From contig CALXFI010000001.1 in NCBI GenBank assembly GCA_944387535.1, positions 2,682 through 66,681 of the forward strand: a stretch of 64,000 bases of DNA, written 5' to 3'. Each line of letters begins with the position of its first letter. Positions within the stretch are counted from its first letter, which is position 1. Positions 17,160 through 29,424 of the stretch are shown piece by piece. The translations under genes and the position numbers were made by a program. The notes under the pieces are model-generated. The model had not been told where the DNA came from. It saw nothing but the letters and a program-made list of their open reading frames with translations, and made no database searches. This DNA comes from an uncultured Clostridia bacterium (lineage in GTDB: Bacteria; Bacillota; Clostridia; TANB77; CAG-508).

Positions 17160-20054
17160 TTATTCATTTGCATTATTAACTGTTACATTATTTTGCTCAT
17201 CTATTGTATTTTCACTTACAACATTTGTATCAGTAGAATTTGTTGTATTTCCATCTACTTGATTTTCATCTGCTTTTTGTTCCTCTCTTGCTTGTTCTAA
17301 TTGATTAATTAATTCTTGAAGTTTTGAAATGTCACTTCCCATTAACTCCCAATCATTATTTTCATTTGATTCAGTTAAGTTTTGGTTTGCTCTTATAATA
17401 GCATCAATAATTCCTTCTATATCTCCTGTATCTTCAACTTCAATATCAGTCGCATACCTTGAAAGTAAATTTTGTAATGCTTCTGTTAAAGTATCTCCTA
17501 TTGCAACCTTATTTCCAGATGCTACTATTACCTTCTTTAAAAGTGGAACATCTGATTCATTAAGCATTGTTTGATAGATAGGTTCTACATATAATAATGT
17601 ATTATTTATCGGAACTACTATCATTTGTTTTGTAAGTTTCGTTCCTGTTACATTTAAAGAATCTAACTGACTACTAATAGTTGTATCTTCTTCTATTTGT
17701 TTATCAAGTTGCATTGGACCTACTATATTACTATCAGCTGAGAATTTGTATAATCTTAACACATTTTCACCATTTTCATTGCTTCCTACTAAGTATGAAA
17801 TTATATTTTGCCTTTGATCTGGTGTATATATCTGTACTAATCCTAATTGCTCACCATTATTAGTTTTGACCATTGTATAATATGGTTCCATATATGTTCC
17901 TGTTGTATTTGTATTTCTTGTTGTACTAGATTTCGCAATATCCCACAAATCGTCTCCTCTATATATTACATCTGGTCTAGTATTATGGTATACTTTTAAA
18001 ACTTCTGCTTGAACATTATATAAGTATTCTGGATATACAAAGTGACTAGATATATCCTCTGGTATTTCTTCATCTAAATCTTTAAATAATCCATCATATA
18101 TATTTCTATAAGCCATAGCAATTGGATCTGTTCTATCAGTTATATAAAAGTCCATTGTTCCATCATAGCTATCAATTATTACTTTTACTGAATTTCTTAT
18201 ATAATTTATATCTTGTGTGTATCCATCATGTTCAATTGTAGTATATTGTGAAAATGGATAACTAGATGATACTGTATAAGCATCCAACACCCATACAATT
18301 CTTCCATCATTTGTAACAACTGTATATGGATTTTCATCATAAATTAAATATGGCATTGCTTTTTTAGCTCTTGTTATGATATCTCTATTTATTAATATCT
18401 TACTATCACTTGTCATTTCACTAGAGAAAGCTAAATTTAAATCCCCTTTTGAAATTCCAAGTACTAATCTATCTAAAAATCCTAAATTTAATCCAGCTTC
18501 GCCTGAATAAGTTGATACTTGATCTGTTCCGTTTTCATCTGTATAGTCATACTCTTGTTTATTTTTTGTATTTGTTGCTATTGTCTCATCTGTTTCTAGT
18601 CCGAAATATATTCTTGGCTCTGAAATATTAATTACTTCATCTGAACCTGATACATCACTTTGTACATATTTAATATTTCCACTATCTGTACTCTCTGTTG
18701 CAGATGTTATAATTTCTCCCATTCCATGAGTATATTCATATGTTTTATTACTATAAGTTCTTCCTGAATTAGTAATTTCTCTAGGCGCCAAATATACTAA
18801 TTTATCTTCACCATTTATATTATATTTTGCAAGTGTTGCATTTGGATAGACATAGTAGCCTGCATTTGATTGGTTATTTTGAATAGTCTCCAACACTGCA
18901 TCTTTACTAATTATTGGTATATTATTTATTACATTTTTTGCCTCATCTACTTCTTCTTGAGTTATTGTTCCTGAACTTTCAAGATTAGTTTCTTCAATTT
19001 CTATGTTATATGCTCTTTTTGTATTTTCTATATTTGCTGAAATATAGTCTCTTTCTTTATCTAATTCATTTGAATTTACATATATTAAGTCAAATCCTAG
19101 CATTGCAACAAATAATACAACTAGATATCCAGGTATTACTGCTAAGTTTTTTAATACTTTATTTGTACTTCCAGCTTTAAATGCTTTTAATGCTCTATAT
19201 GCAAATATTACAATTATAAATGCAAATATTACATATCCCCAAACTTGAATTGTTGCTTCTGTCATTCCAGCTCCATTTATCTCTATGTTGTCACCAACTG
19301 TAAGTATTTTTCCAAACATAACATTTTGAGTACCTAAAACAGTTAAAATCGCTATACCTATTACTATTAACATTACATTTCTAAGTAATTTCTTCATAAA
19401 TAAGCTTTCTTTTAACATTTTGCCATCTATTCCGTCGAAATATCGATTAAATACTATAATATAATATAGTGCCATATATATTGATAAACATACAAATAAT
19501 ATTACAAAATATAAGACGGCTGTTTCTATCAATGGTTTTAAAAACATATAATATGAAATATCTAATCCAAATATAGGATCTTGTATTCCAAATGATGCTT
19601 TACTTGTTGCTAGCATTATTTTTTGCATAAGAGCTGATGATGTAAAAAAGCTTACAATTGCTGATATTACTAATGCTAAAGATTTATTTGGAAGCTTTGG
19701 CATTTTTTTATTTTCATTATCAAAAAATACTTTTAATCCTTTTTTTATACCTCTATTTGTTAAATAGATAACTATATATAGAATAAGGAAAATAACAGCC
19801 ATAGTTGTATAACGATAAGTTATATTTGTTTTAAAAATATTAGTATATTCTTGTCCTAATTCTAAATATTCTAAATAACTTCCTCTTAATTGAACATAAC
19901 TAATTACTGCAAATATTAATAAAAATGCAATAACAAGCAACATTCTTGTTCTACTATTTTTCTTTCTTTTGACTTCCTTTTCCTTTGTTTCTACTGTTTT
20001 TGCTTCATTTACTTTTGTTTGGATATTTTCTTGTTTTTGGGTATCTTTATCCAC
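17160..20054 (-). CDS. Large polytopic membrane protein, probably UPF0182 family
   Basis: 964 aa with about 7 N-terminal TM helices, a large extracytoplasmic domain and an acidic C-terminal tail. Size and topology match the UPF0182 proteins of Clostridia. Confidence 0.5.
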   Translation of the reverse strand: MDKDTQKQENIQTKVNEAKTVETKEKEVKRKKNSRTRMLLVIAFLLIFAVISYVQLRGSYLEYLELGQEYTNIFKTNITYRYTTMAVIFLILYIVIYLTNRGIKKGLKVFFDNENKKMPKLPNKSLALVISAIVSFFTSSALMQKIMLATSKASFGIQDPIFGLDISYYMFLKPLIETAVLYFVILFVCLSIYMALYYIIVFNRYFDGIDGKMLKESLFMKKLLRNVMLIVIGIAILTVLGTQNVMFGKILTVGDNIEINGAGMTEATIQVWGYVIFAFIIVIFAYRALKAFKAGSTNKVLKNLAVIPGYLVVLFVAMLGFDLIYVNSNELDKERDYISANIENTKRAYNIEIEETNLESSGTITQEEVDEAKNVINNIPIISKDAVLETIQNNQSNAGYYVYPNATLAKYNINGEDKLVYLAPREITNSGRTYSNKTYEYTHGMGEIITSATESTDSGNIKYVQSDVSGSDEVINISEPRIYFGLETDETIATNTKNKQEYDYTDENGTDQVSTYSGEAGLNLGFLDRLVLGISKGDLNLAFSSEMTSDSKILINRDIITRAKKAMPYLIYDENPYTVVTNDGRIVWVLDAYTVSSSYPFSQYTTIEHDGYTQDINYIRNSVKVIIDSYDGTMDFYITDRTDPIAMAYRNIYDGLFKDLDEEIPEDISSHFVYPEYLYNVQAEVLKVYHNTRPDVIYRGDDLWDIAKSSTTRNTNTTGTYMEPYYTMVKTNNGEQLGLVQIYTPDQRQNIISYLVGSNENGENVLRLYKFSADSNIVGPMQLDKQIEEDTTISSQLDSLNVTGTKLTKQMIVVPINNTLLYVEPIYQTMLNESDVPLLKKVIVASGNKVAIGDTLTEALQNLLSRYATDIEVEDTGDIEGIIDAIIRANQNLTESNENNDWELMGSDISKLQELINQLEQAREEQKADENQVDGNTTNSTDTNVVSENTIDEQNNVTVNNANE

Positions 20055-20244
20055 TTTTTTACCTGCTACTCAAAATATGAACAAATATACTCATATCGAG
20101 ATCTTGAAAGTTTTCACAAACATTTCTTACTGCTTCATTGTGTATGCTTTTGTGGTTAAAACTAACTCACTACTCACAAGTTCTTGTACACTCCACAGTC
20201 GTAAATTCCCGACTAGCCATCGGTACATACTTACAATCGCTTGT

Positions 20245-21420
20245 TTATGCTATTTTGTAAGTTCTTGCATCTCTTAAATTAAGACTTGCATTAAAATCTC
20301 TATCTTCTATATATCCACAGTCACACTTATAAATTCTATCTGATAATTTTAAGTCATTTTTAATAAAACCACAATGATGACATATTTTACTAGATGGATA
20401 CCATCTATCTACAATTCTTAATTCAATTTCATATTCTTTGCATTTTGCTTCTAATTTTCTTTTAAATTCATAGAACTTTTGTGAAGCAATTGCTTTTGAA
20501 AGATGCCTATTCCTCATCATTCCTTTTACATTTAAATCTTCTATTGTTATATAAGATGGCTTGGTTTTCACTATCTCATTTATACTTTTGTTAATGTAAT
20601 CGCATCTAACGTTTTCTATTCTTTGATGAAGTCTTTGTACCTTTATGACTTGTTTTTGTATATTTTGTCTAGTAGCTTCTCCTTTCTTTTTATTTTCTTT
20701 GCTACGTTTTTTTAAGTCTTCGTATTTCCTCGATAGACAACGCTGCTCTTTCTTTAATTTTTTTTCAAGTTTTCTTATTCTTGCTGACTTGTTAATATTC
20801 TTTTTTACAGTCCCATCACTCATAATTGCAAAATCTTTTAGTCCTAAATCAATACCTAAGCCAAAATCATTTAATTTAGTCTTTTCTGATTTAGGAACAT
20901 CAATTAGAACAGATACATAATATCTTCCTGCTTTACAAGAAACTGTACCTCTTTTAATTACATACCCTTGTTTTGTCGTTGGAATATACCCTTTTTCTTT
21001 TAACTTCACCCAACCAAGTGTAGGAATCTTAATTCTATGTCTTTCACAAAAACAGTCTTTTTGATTGTTTTTTACAAAATACATTTTTACATCTGATTTA
21101 TTCTTTTTCTTAAAATTTGGAAAACCACTTTGTTTTTTAAAAAACTTTACAAAGGCAGTATATGCATTTTCCATAGCTTTCTTAACAGACTTTGAACTCG
21201 CCTTCTTTATCCAAAGATATTCTGGGTTATTTGGTATAAATTCATTGTTAAGCCAAACACTAAAAGTTCTAGCTGTCATAAATTTTTCGCCTTTATCATA
21301 AATTTCTTTGTTATGTGCAAGGTAAAAATTGTAAATAAATCTACAAGTCCCAATTGTTTGCTTAATTTTTACTATCTGTTCTGGTGTTGGTTTGATTTCC
21401 GTTTTGTAACTCTTTAGCAA
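20245..21420 (-). CDS. tnpB: TnpB (IS605 OrfB family RuvC-like RNA-guided endonuclease)
   Basis: RuvC-III region plus the C-terminal zinc finger CHHCGF..CDCGY. Ends ..DFNASLNLR. 391 aa. Confidence 0.85.
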   Translation of the reverse strand: MLKSYKTEIKPTPEQIVKIKQTIGTCRFIYNFYLAHNKEIYDKGEKFMTARTFSVWLNNEFIPNNPEYLWIKKASSKSVKKAMENAYTAFVKFFKKQSGFPNFKKKNKSDVKMYFVKNNQKDCFCERHRIKIPTLGWVKLKEKGYIPTTKQGYVIKRGTVSCKAGRYYVSVLIDVPKSEKTKLNDFGLGIDLGLKDFAIMSDGTVKKNINKSARIRKLEKKLKKEQRCLSRKYEDLKKRSKENKKKGEATRQNIQKQVIKVQRLHQRIENVRCDYINKSINEIVKTKPSYITIEDLNVKGMMRNRHLSKAIASQKFYEFKRKLEAKCKEYEIELRIVDRWYPSSKICHHCGFIKNDLKLSDRIYKCDCGYIEDRDFNASLNLRDARTYKIA

Positions 21421-21509
21421 TTTCTTTGTCCTCCTTTATCTTTTTTTGTACTTCCTTAATCCATATAATTTACAACTAAAAACATGCAAAATCGATATAA
21501 TATCTTGAA

Positions 21510-21953
21510 CTAATTCTTCATTTCATATCCAAATCTAATAAATTTATCTTTATTAGAAATTACAATCGTTTTTATCTTATTTTCCATAACCTCCTCAAGT
21601 AACTTATTCCATCTCTTGCGATTGTAATTTAGTCCACTTTCAAATTTCTCTATACATTGATTAACAATAATTCCTCTTGCATTGCAGAATTGTTTCAAAA
21701 ATTTTTTTATTTTCTAAGTTTTCTTTTTGTTTTTGTGTTGATACTCTTTCATAAAAGACTACATTTCTTATATCATCTTCTGTTTGTATACCTTTAAATT
21801 GTAAATATTGATTATAAATATAATATCTTCAGTAGGAGTACAATTTGCTTTTAATATATCATCTCTATCCCAACGTTGTAATGTTTTAACAGAAACTCCC
21901 AATAATTCAGCAAAATCTTTTGGTTTATAATTTGTGATATTTGTAGTATTCAT
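21510..21953 (-). pseudogene. tnpA: Fragmented IS607-type serine recombinase tnpA (two ORF pieces of 61 aa and 62 aa)
   Basis: The N-terminal piece has a MerR-like HTH (ELLGVSVKTLQRWDRDDIL). The C-terminal piece resembles a resolvase C-terminus. The catalytic region between them is missing or out of frame. Confidence 0.5.
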
Positions 21954-22055
21954 AAATAATCTTCCTTATTTATGAGCACATTATATCATGTATAAAAATA
22001 TTTGTCTATATTTTCATTAACTTGTAGTTTCTCCTTTTGTTAATAAGTTCCACCT

Positions 22056-22961
22056 TTATATTATAGCTTTTACAAAATCTTCTGAATTAAATACTTCCAT
22101 GTCATCTATCCCTTCACCAACGCCGATAAATTTTATAGGTATTTTATTTTCAGAAACTATTCCTATTGCAACTCCACCTTTTGCTGTTCCATCTAATTTT
22201 GTAATTACTAATCCTGTTATATCTGCTTCTTCTTTAAAGGCTTTTACTTGTGAAATAGCATTTTGACCTGTCGCTCCATCTATTACTAATAGTACTTCTT
22301 TATCTGAGTCAGGCATTTCTTTATTTATAACTTTTTGAATTTTATTTAATTCATCCATTAAGTATTTTTTATTGTGTAATCTTCCTGCTGTATCTACTAT
22401 TAATACATCTGCATTTTTTTCTCTTGTTATTCTTATTGCATCATATACAACAGATGCTGGATCTACTCCTTCTTCTCTTTTTACTATATCTGCTCCTGCT
22501 CTATTAGCCCATATTTCTAATTGTTCTACTGCTGCTGCTCTAAATGTATCTGCTGCTGCAACTACTACTTTCTTTCCATCTTTCGCAAGTCTATTTGCAA
22601 TTTTTCCAATTGAAGTAGTTTTACCTACTCCATTTACTCCTACAACTAAAATTACAGATGGTTTAGTATTTAAATGTAAACTTATATCTGTTATATCTAA
22701 AATCTTTTGCATTTCCTCTCTTAATGCTTTTTTTACGTCTTTTTCATCCTGAATTTTTTCTTTTTTTATTCTATCTCTTAGATTATTTATTATTTTTACT
22801 GAAGTATCAACTCCAATATCTGACATAATTAGAATTTCTTCTAATTCCTCTAAAAAATCTTCATCTACTTTTCTAAAGCTTTTAAATACATTACTTATTT
22901 TTTCATCAAATGAACTTTTCGTTTTGTTCATTCCCTGTTTTAATTTTTCAAAAAATCCCAC
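22056..22961 (-). CDS. ftsY: Signal recognition particle receptor FtsY
   Basis: SRP GTPase motifs GVNGVGKTT, DTAGR and TKLDG. GTG start with a GGAAGGAG ribosome-binding site. Confidence 0.9.
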   Translation of the reverse strand: MGFFEKLKQGMNKTKSSFDEKISNVFKSFRKVDEDFLEELEEILIMSDIGVDTSVKIINNLRDRIKKEKIQDEKDVKKALREEMQKILDITDISLHLNTKPSVILVVGVNGVGKTTSIGKIANRLAKDGKKVVVAAADTFRAAAVEQLEIWANRAGADIVKREEGVDPASVVYDAIRITREKNADVLIVDTAGRLHNKKYLMDELNKIQKVINKEMPDSDKEVLLVIDGATGQNAISQVKAFKEEADITGLVITKLDGTAKGGVAIGIVSENKIPIKFIGVGEGIDDMEVFNSEDFVKAII

Positions 22962-22983
22962 GCTTAAGTTCTCCTTCCTAAAG

Positions 22984-24153
22984 TTAGTTTTTTAAAATTT
23001 CATCTGCTAAATTTTCCATTTGTTTTTTGTTTTCTTCACTCATCCTTGATTTAATAGTAACCATTGGTTCTACTATATTTACATCTTTCATTTTTCCTAG
23101 GATTGTTTTCATTCCTCTTCCTGCTGATGGTGCCCAAGAACCATTTTCTATTATTCCTACTGTTCTCTTTTGATAATTTCTATCTTTTAAATGTCTTAGA
23201 AAATGTTCCATTGGTGGGAATATTCCCATATTATAACTAGATGATGCAACTATTAGTTTAGAATATCTAAATGCATCTTCTACGCATTCTGCCCAATCTT
23301 CTCTTGCTAAATCTGATACAACTACTTTTTTTGCACCTTTTTCTTCTAAAATTTTAGCCATTTCTTTTGCTGCTTTTAATGTATTTCCATAAATACTTGC
23401 TGCTGCAATAAATACTCCTTCATCTTCTGGCTCATATTTACTCCATACATCGTATTTATTTATATAATATTCTAGATTTTCCTTTAATATTGGTCCATGT
23501 AAAGGACATATCATTTTTATATCTAATGCAGCTGCTTTTTTTAATAATGCTTGTACTTGAACGCCATATTTTCCAACTATTCCAAAATAATATCTTCTTG
23601 CTTCACAGTCCCATTCTTCATTATAATCTAATGAACCAAATTTTCCAAAGCCATCTGCGGAAAATAAGACTTTTTCTGTTTGTTCATAAGTTACCATTAC
23701 TTCTGGCCAATGAACCATTGGTGCCATAAAGAATTGTAATTTATGTTTTCCTATGTCTAATACGTCTCCTTCTGTTACAATTACTTTTCTACTACTTAAA
23801 TCTATATCGCTAAAAAAGTTTGCAAGCATATTAAATGTCATTTGATTTCCTACTAATTTCATTTTTGGATATTCTTTAGCAAGCATACCTATATTATAAG
23901 CATGGTCTGGTTCCATATGTGAAATTACCAAATAATCTGGTTTTTCTCCTCCTAATGCCTTTGATAAATTATCTTTCCAAACATTAGTTACGTGTTCATC
24001 TATAGTATCTAAAATCACATTTTTCTCATCTTTTATTAAATATGAATTATAGCTCATTCCGTGTTCTAATACATATTGGCTTTCAAATAATTTTAAATCA
24101 TTATCACTTGCGCCAATCCAAGTTATATCATCTGATATTTTCATATCTGCCAT
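22984..24153 (-). CDS. Flavodiiron protein (FprA-type: metallo-beta-lactamase fold plus flavodoxin domain)
   Basis: HxEPDH di-iron motif (HMEPDHAYNIG) and a C-terminal flavodoxin-like domain. The start was set at MADMKI, which follows an AGGAGGAG ribosome-binding site. Confidence 0.8.
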   Translation of the reverse strand: MADMKISDDITWIGASDNDLKLFESQYVLEHGMSYNSYLIKDEKNVILDTIDEHVTNVWKDNLSKALGGEKPDYLVISHMEPDHAYNIGMLAKEYPKMKLVGNQMTFNMLANFFSDIDLSSRKVIVTEGDVLDIGKHKLQFFMAPMVHWPEVMVTYEQTEKVLFSADGFGKFGSLDYNEEWDCEARRYYFGIVGKYGVQVQALLKKAAALDIKMICPLHGPILKENLEYYINKYDVWSKYEPEDEGVFIAAASIYGNTLKAAKEMAKILEEKGAKKVVVSDLAREDWAECVEDAFRYSKLIVASSSYNMGIFPPMEHFLRHLKDRNYQKRTVGIIENGSWAPSAGRGMKTILGKMKDVNIVEPMVTIKSRMSEENKKQMENLADEILKN

Positions 24154-24292
24154 AACATATCTCCTCCTTTTTACATTTTCTCCCTCATTGTATAATAGTA
24201 TACCATACTTTTCCAAATCTGTGTACCCATTTTCCCTTATTTTATTGAAAAAACAAAAGACCAGCTCAAAGTTTGAACTGATCTTTTGCTTT

Positions 24293-24703
24293 TTAGGAAA
24301 TGACTCTGAAGGTTAGACTCCTTCCTCTGATATCTACCCTAAGTGCTGGGAACTTGTAATATTCGCCTTCCCTGCAATATGGTAAAGCTTTGATAACCTC
24401 TAAAAGATTATCATTGTAATAAGCAACACCTCTAGCAGTATATTTACTTACACACTTGTTATGCTTTTCGCAAAAGATAATTGTTGCATTCCTTTCAGAA
24501 ACCTCACCAATTCTTTTTTCAACATATTGCTCATACAGCTTTTCAAAAAGCCTTCTTACTTTTCCACTTACTTGTCTTTCTCCCATATTGGTTACAACAG
24601 TAAGCCTTTTTGAGATGTCTGCATAACTAAAAGGCTTGTCATCTACCTTTTCCATAAGTTCATTTAGCCAATCTTTTGTCATTTCCTCGACATAGTCGTA
24701 CAT
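24293..24703 (-). CDS. Hypothetical protein (137 aa) with locally elevated GC
   Basis: A GGAGG ribosome-binding site precedes MYDYVEE. I recognise no family. GC is about 40-45 % over parts of the gene versus a 28 % background. Confidence 0.4.
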   Translation of the reverse strand: MYDYVEEMTKDWLNELMEKVDDKPFSYADISKRLTVVTNMGERQVSGKVRRLFEKLYEQYVEKRIGEVSERNATIIFCEKHNKCVSKYTARGVAYYNDNLLEVIKALPYCREGEYYKFPALRVDIRGRSLTFRVIS

Positions 24704-24829
24704 TTTGCCTCCAAAAAAAATATTTTTACCAGTTGCCAATACAAGTTGCAAAATGGAGTAAAAACATCTTGCATATTACTATTATAGCACATTTTATCGT
24801 TTTTGTAAATTTTAACTTTTTTCTCTAAG

Positions 24830-25444
24830 CTATATAACATCAAAATATAGTATTGATTCAATATCTTCTTTATTAAAATTCCTATAATCGCCAATCATTA
24901 CCCAATACAAATAATTATTATTAATTGGTGTTGTAAACATTATTCCAGATGGATTTAAATTGTAAAAATAATTTCTTCCATTGTAAACAAAATAGTTCAA
25001 AGTATCATATTCTCTACTTATTATTGGTTCTTTTGTACTTGTTATTGTATTCATACTACTTACAATACTACTACTTGCCTCATCCATTGACTCAACGGTT
25101 ATAGAAACAGCTCCTTTTTTATTGCTTGTAGCACTTCCAACATACAAAAATATCGCATGTTTATTATTTTGATTCTGTATAAGATCTGGTTCGTATAAAT
25201 TCTTTGATGGATAAACATTAACTCTACATCTTCCATTATAAGCCACACTACTTTTTCTTTTCTCTAAACTATATGATGTTCCGTTAATTTTACCTAAAAT
25301 ACCTACAACTTTAAAACTAGGTCCAAAAATAGACCATAGCCAAATTGCTAATATTATAACAATTGTGAATATTACTATTCCTATTATTTTTGCTACTCTT
25401 TTAGTTTTAAAAAAATTGGATAACTTCTCCATAATAATCACCAT
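24830..25444 (-). CDS. Hypothetical membrane-anchored protein
   Basis: N-terminal TM helix (IIGIVIFTIVIILAIWLW) followed by a Ser/Thr/Asn-rich extracytoplasmic domain. Confidence 0.4.
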   Translation of the reverse strand: MVIIMEKLSNFFKTKRVAKIIGIVIFTIVIILAIWLWSIFGPSFKVVGILGKINGTSYSLEKRKSSVAYNGRCRVNVYPSKNLYEPDLIQNQNNKHAIFLYVGSATSNKKGAVSITVESMDEASSSIVSSMNTITSTKEPIISREYDTLNYFVYNGRNYFYNLNPSGIMFTTPINNNYLYWVMIGDYRNFNKEDIESILYFDVI

Positions 25445-25544
25445 TTTATTTATACAATATATCTTTATTATATCATATATTACTTTTTTAACAACAACTA
25501 AAAAAACTTATGAACACTTTTACAGTTCATAAGCTGTTAAATAA

Positions 25545-25620
25545 TGGTGCCAAAAAGCAGAATCGAACTGCTGACCTCCGGGTTACGAATCCGTTGCTCT
25601 ACCAACTGAGCTATTTTGGC
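25545..25620 (-). tRNA. tRNA-Thr (anticodon CGU), 76 nt
   Basis: Acceptor stem GCCAAAA/UUUUGGC. D arm GCUCAGUUGGUAGAGC. T arm GCAG-UUCGAUU-CUGC. Anticodon loop UUCGUAA. The anticodon stem has only three clean pairs, so the isotype call is less certain. Confidence 0.65.
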
Positions 25621-25789
25621 ATAAGAATACAAAACTTATTATACATTAATCATTAGAAAAAATCAATAATAGAAAAACATTTATTTTATAGAAAATTTTA
25701 TTATATTTTTTATTTCTATTTAATAGACAAAATCTTATAAAAAATATATACTAAAAATAAATCTTTTTAAATAGAAATAGGTGATAAAA

Positions 25790-26659
25790 ATGGTAGATTT
25801 ACATACACACACAATATTCTCAGACGGCACATGGACAGTCGAAGAACTGCTATCTAATGCTGAAAAAAATAATGTTACTACACTTTCAATTACAGACCAT
25901 GATACAGCTCTTCCACATATAAAATTAAAAGATATTGATATAAAAAAATACTTTTCAGGAAGAATTATAAGTGGTTCAGAACTAAATTGTGTTTTTGATG
26001 GTGTTAAAATTGAACTTTTGGGATATAATTTTGACCCATTAAAATTACAAAAGTGGATAGATAAAACATATAAAAAAGAAGATGAAATTCAAGGCTATAA
26101 AAAAGAATTTTACGAATTTTTAGACATATGTAAAAAAAATAATATAAAAACAACTCCTAATTTACAATATGATAAAGTAAAAAAATTCCCTGTAAAAATT
26201 ATTTATGATGATATTACTAAGTATCAAGAAAACAAAAAATTCTTTACTGATGAAGAGTGGAATAATAGTGGTATTATTTTTAGGGAATCTACTTGTAATC
26301 CTAATTTTATATTATATAGAAATTTTTCTAAACAATATCCATCTGCAAAAGAGGTTTCGGAAAATATAAGAAAATGTGGTGGAAAAGTTTTTATAGCGCA
26401 TTTATATTTATATTCATTAGATGATCACATTAAATTTCTAGATAATTTAAGAAATAACAATATAATTGATGGTGTAGAAGTTTATTACTCTGGTTTTAGT
26501 TCTATCCAAATAAAAATTTTAGAAAATTACTGCAAACAAAATAATATGTTTGTGTCTGCTGGTACTGACTGTCACGGAAATAAAAAGCCTGATAGGAAAA
26601 TTGGGATTGGTTATAATAATATGAATGTTTCTGAAGATATAATAAGACCTTGGTTATAA
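25790..26659 (+). CDS. PHP-domain metal-dependent phosphoesterase
   Basis: N-terminal DLHTHTIFSDGT and downstream His/Asp PHP motifs. An AGGTGA ribosome-binding site is present. Confidence 0.7.
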   Translation: MVDLHTHTIFSDGTWTVEELLSNAEKNNVTTLSITDHDTALPHIKLKDIDIKKYFSGRIISGSELNCVFDGVKIELLGYNFDPLKLQKWIDKTYKKEDEIQGYKKEFYEFLDICKKNNIKTTPNLQYDKVKKFPVKIIYDDITKYQENKKFFTDEEWNNSGIIFRESTCNPNFILYRNFSKQYPSAKEVSENIRKCGGKVFIAHLYLYSLDDHIKFLDNLRNNNIIDGVEVYYSGFSSIQIKILENYCKQNNMFVSAGTDCHGNKKPDRKIGIGYNNMNVSEDIIRPWL

Positions 26660-26796
26660 AAAGCCGACAGTTTTTGTATTTATAAGGTTTGAATTTATGT
26701 AAATAATCTGATATAATATTAATATGTTATCTTTTATTGCCTATGAAAGTAATAATCTTTCAGGCACAAACCTTCAAACAATTAAAGGAGGATTTT

Positions 26797-27150
26797 ATGA
26801 AACGGTTTATTTGGGTTATAACTATTGTCATGTGCATTTTTATTACTGGTTGTCAGTCAATTGACAAAAAGGAAGAAATTGAAGTAACTGCAACTGTTAC
26901 AGCAGTGCAGTATAAGCATTCGTATATAACATATATACCTATGTATACTGGTAAGTTTTTCACTAATATAACTCAATTCCATCCTGAACAATATCTAGTA
27001 ACAGTCGCCTATGATGATTTATCCAAAACTTTTGACGATGAAACCCTATATAAGAAAGTCAAAAAAGGCGATAAAGTTGAACTAATCTTATATAATGGAT
27101 ATGACAAAGAGGGTAACCTAGTCGAACAATACTTATGCTTACCTGAATAA
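26797..27150 (+). CDS. Lipoprotein, hypothetical
   Basis: Signal peptide with lipobox ITGCQS. Strong AAAGGAGG ribosome-binding site. Confidence 0.6.
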   Translation: MKRFIWVITIVMCIFITGCQSIDKKEEIEVTATVTAVQYKHSYITYIPMYTGKFFTNITQFHPEQYLVTVAYDDLSKTFDDETLYKKVKKGDKVELILYNGYDKEGNLVEQYLCLPE

Positions 27151-27159
27151 CCGTCTTTC

Positions 27160-27212
27160 ATTGGCTTAAGCCAAAAAGTGGAGAATGTAATTTGCTACAT
27201 TCTCTACTTTTT
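27160..27212. terminator. Bidirectional terminator region with two hairpins between the lipoprotein gene and groEL
   Basis: Palindrome ttggcttaagccaa and hairpin agtggagaatgta..tacattctctact, flanked by T-runs. Confidence 0.5.
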
Positions 27213-27235
27213 ATTTTTATGATTTAATTTCTTTA

Positions 27236-29213
<1,978 letters not shown>

Positions 29214-29240
29214 TTAGCACTCTTTATCTCTGACTGCTAA
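29214..29240. promoter_or_regulatory. CIRCE operator (HrcA site) TTAGCACTC-N9-GACTGCTAA
   Basis: Matches TTAGCACTC-N9-GAGTGCTAA with one mismatch. It sits between the groESL promoter and groES. Confidence 0.8.
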
Positions 29241-29243
29241 TAC

Positions 29244-29270
29244 TGTATACCCTATTTTGCTAATTGTCAA
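29244..29270 (-). promoter_or_regulatory. Putative sigma-A promoter of groESL (-35 TTGACA, -10 TATACA or TACAGT)
   Basis: Motifs read on the minus strand immediately upstream of CIRCE. Confidence 0.4.
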
Positions 29271-29424
29271 TACCTATTTTTAATTTTTCACAAAATGTTC
29301 ACATTTTATTTTATTCTCCCTAAATTTCAATTATTACACGCTTCAAATAAAAAGAACCCTCTATTTCTAGAGGGAAAGATAAATTCTTTTTTAAGAGGTT
29401 ATTTAACACTCTCGTAAATCATTC

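Larger units (their letters stand above)
20055..21960 (-). mobile_element. IS607-like element with a decayed serine-recombinase tnpA, an intact tnpB and a structured right-end/omega-RNA region
   Basis: The gene order tnpA (MerR-type HTH N-terminus plus a C-terminal fragment) then tnpB is typical of IS607. A 190-bp non-coding, GC-richer segment lies 3' of tnpB (20055-20244). Boundaries are approximate. Confidence 0.55.

Noticed and set aside
17091-20277. Short plus-strand ORFs overlapping the UPF0182 gene and the IS607 right end (17091-17300, 17329-17574, 17681-17863, 18449-18631, 19969-20277)
   Set aside because: They are antisense to a 964-aa membrane-protein gene or lie inside the non-coding IS end that is expected to encode an RNA.
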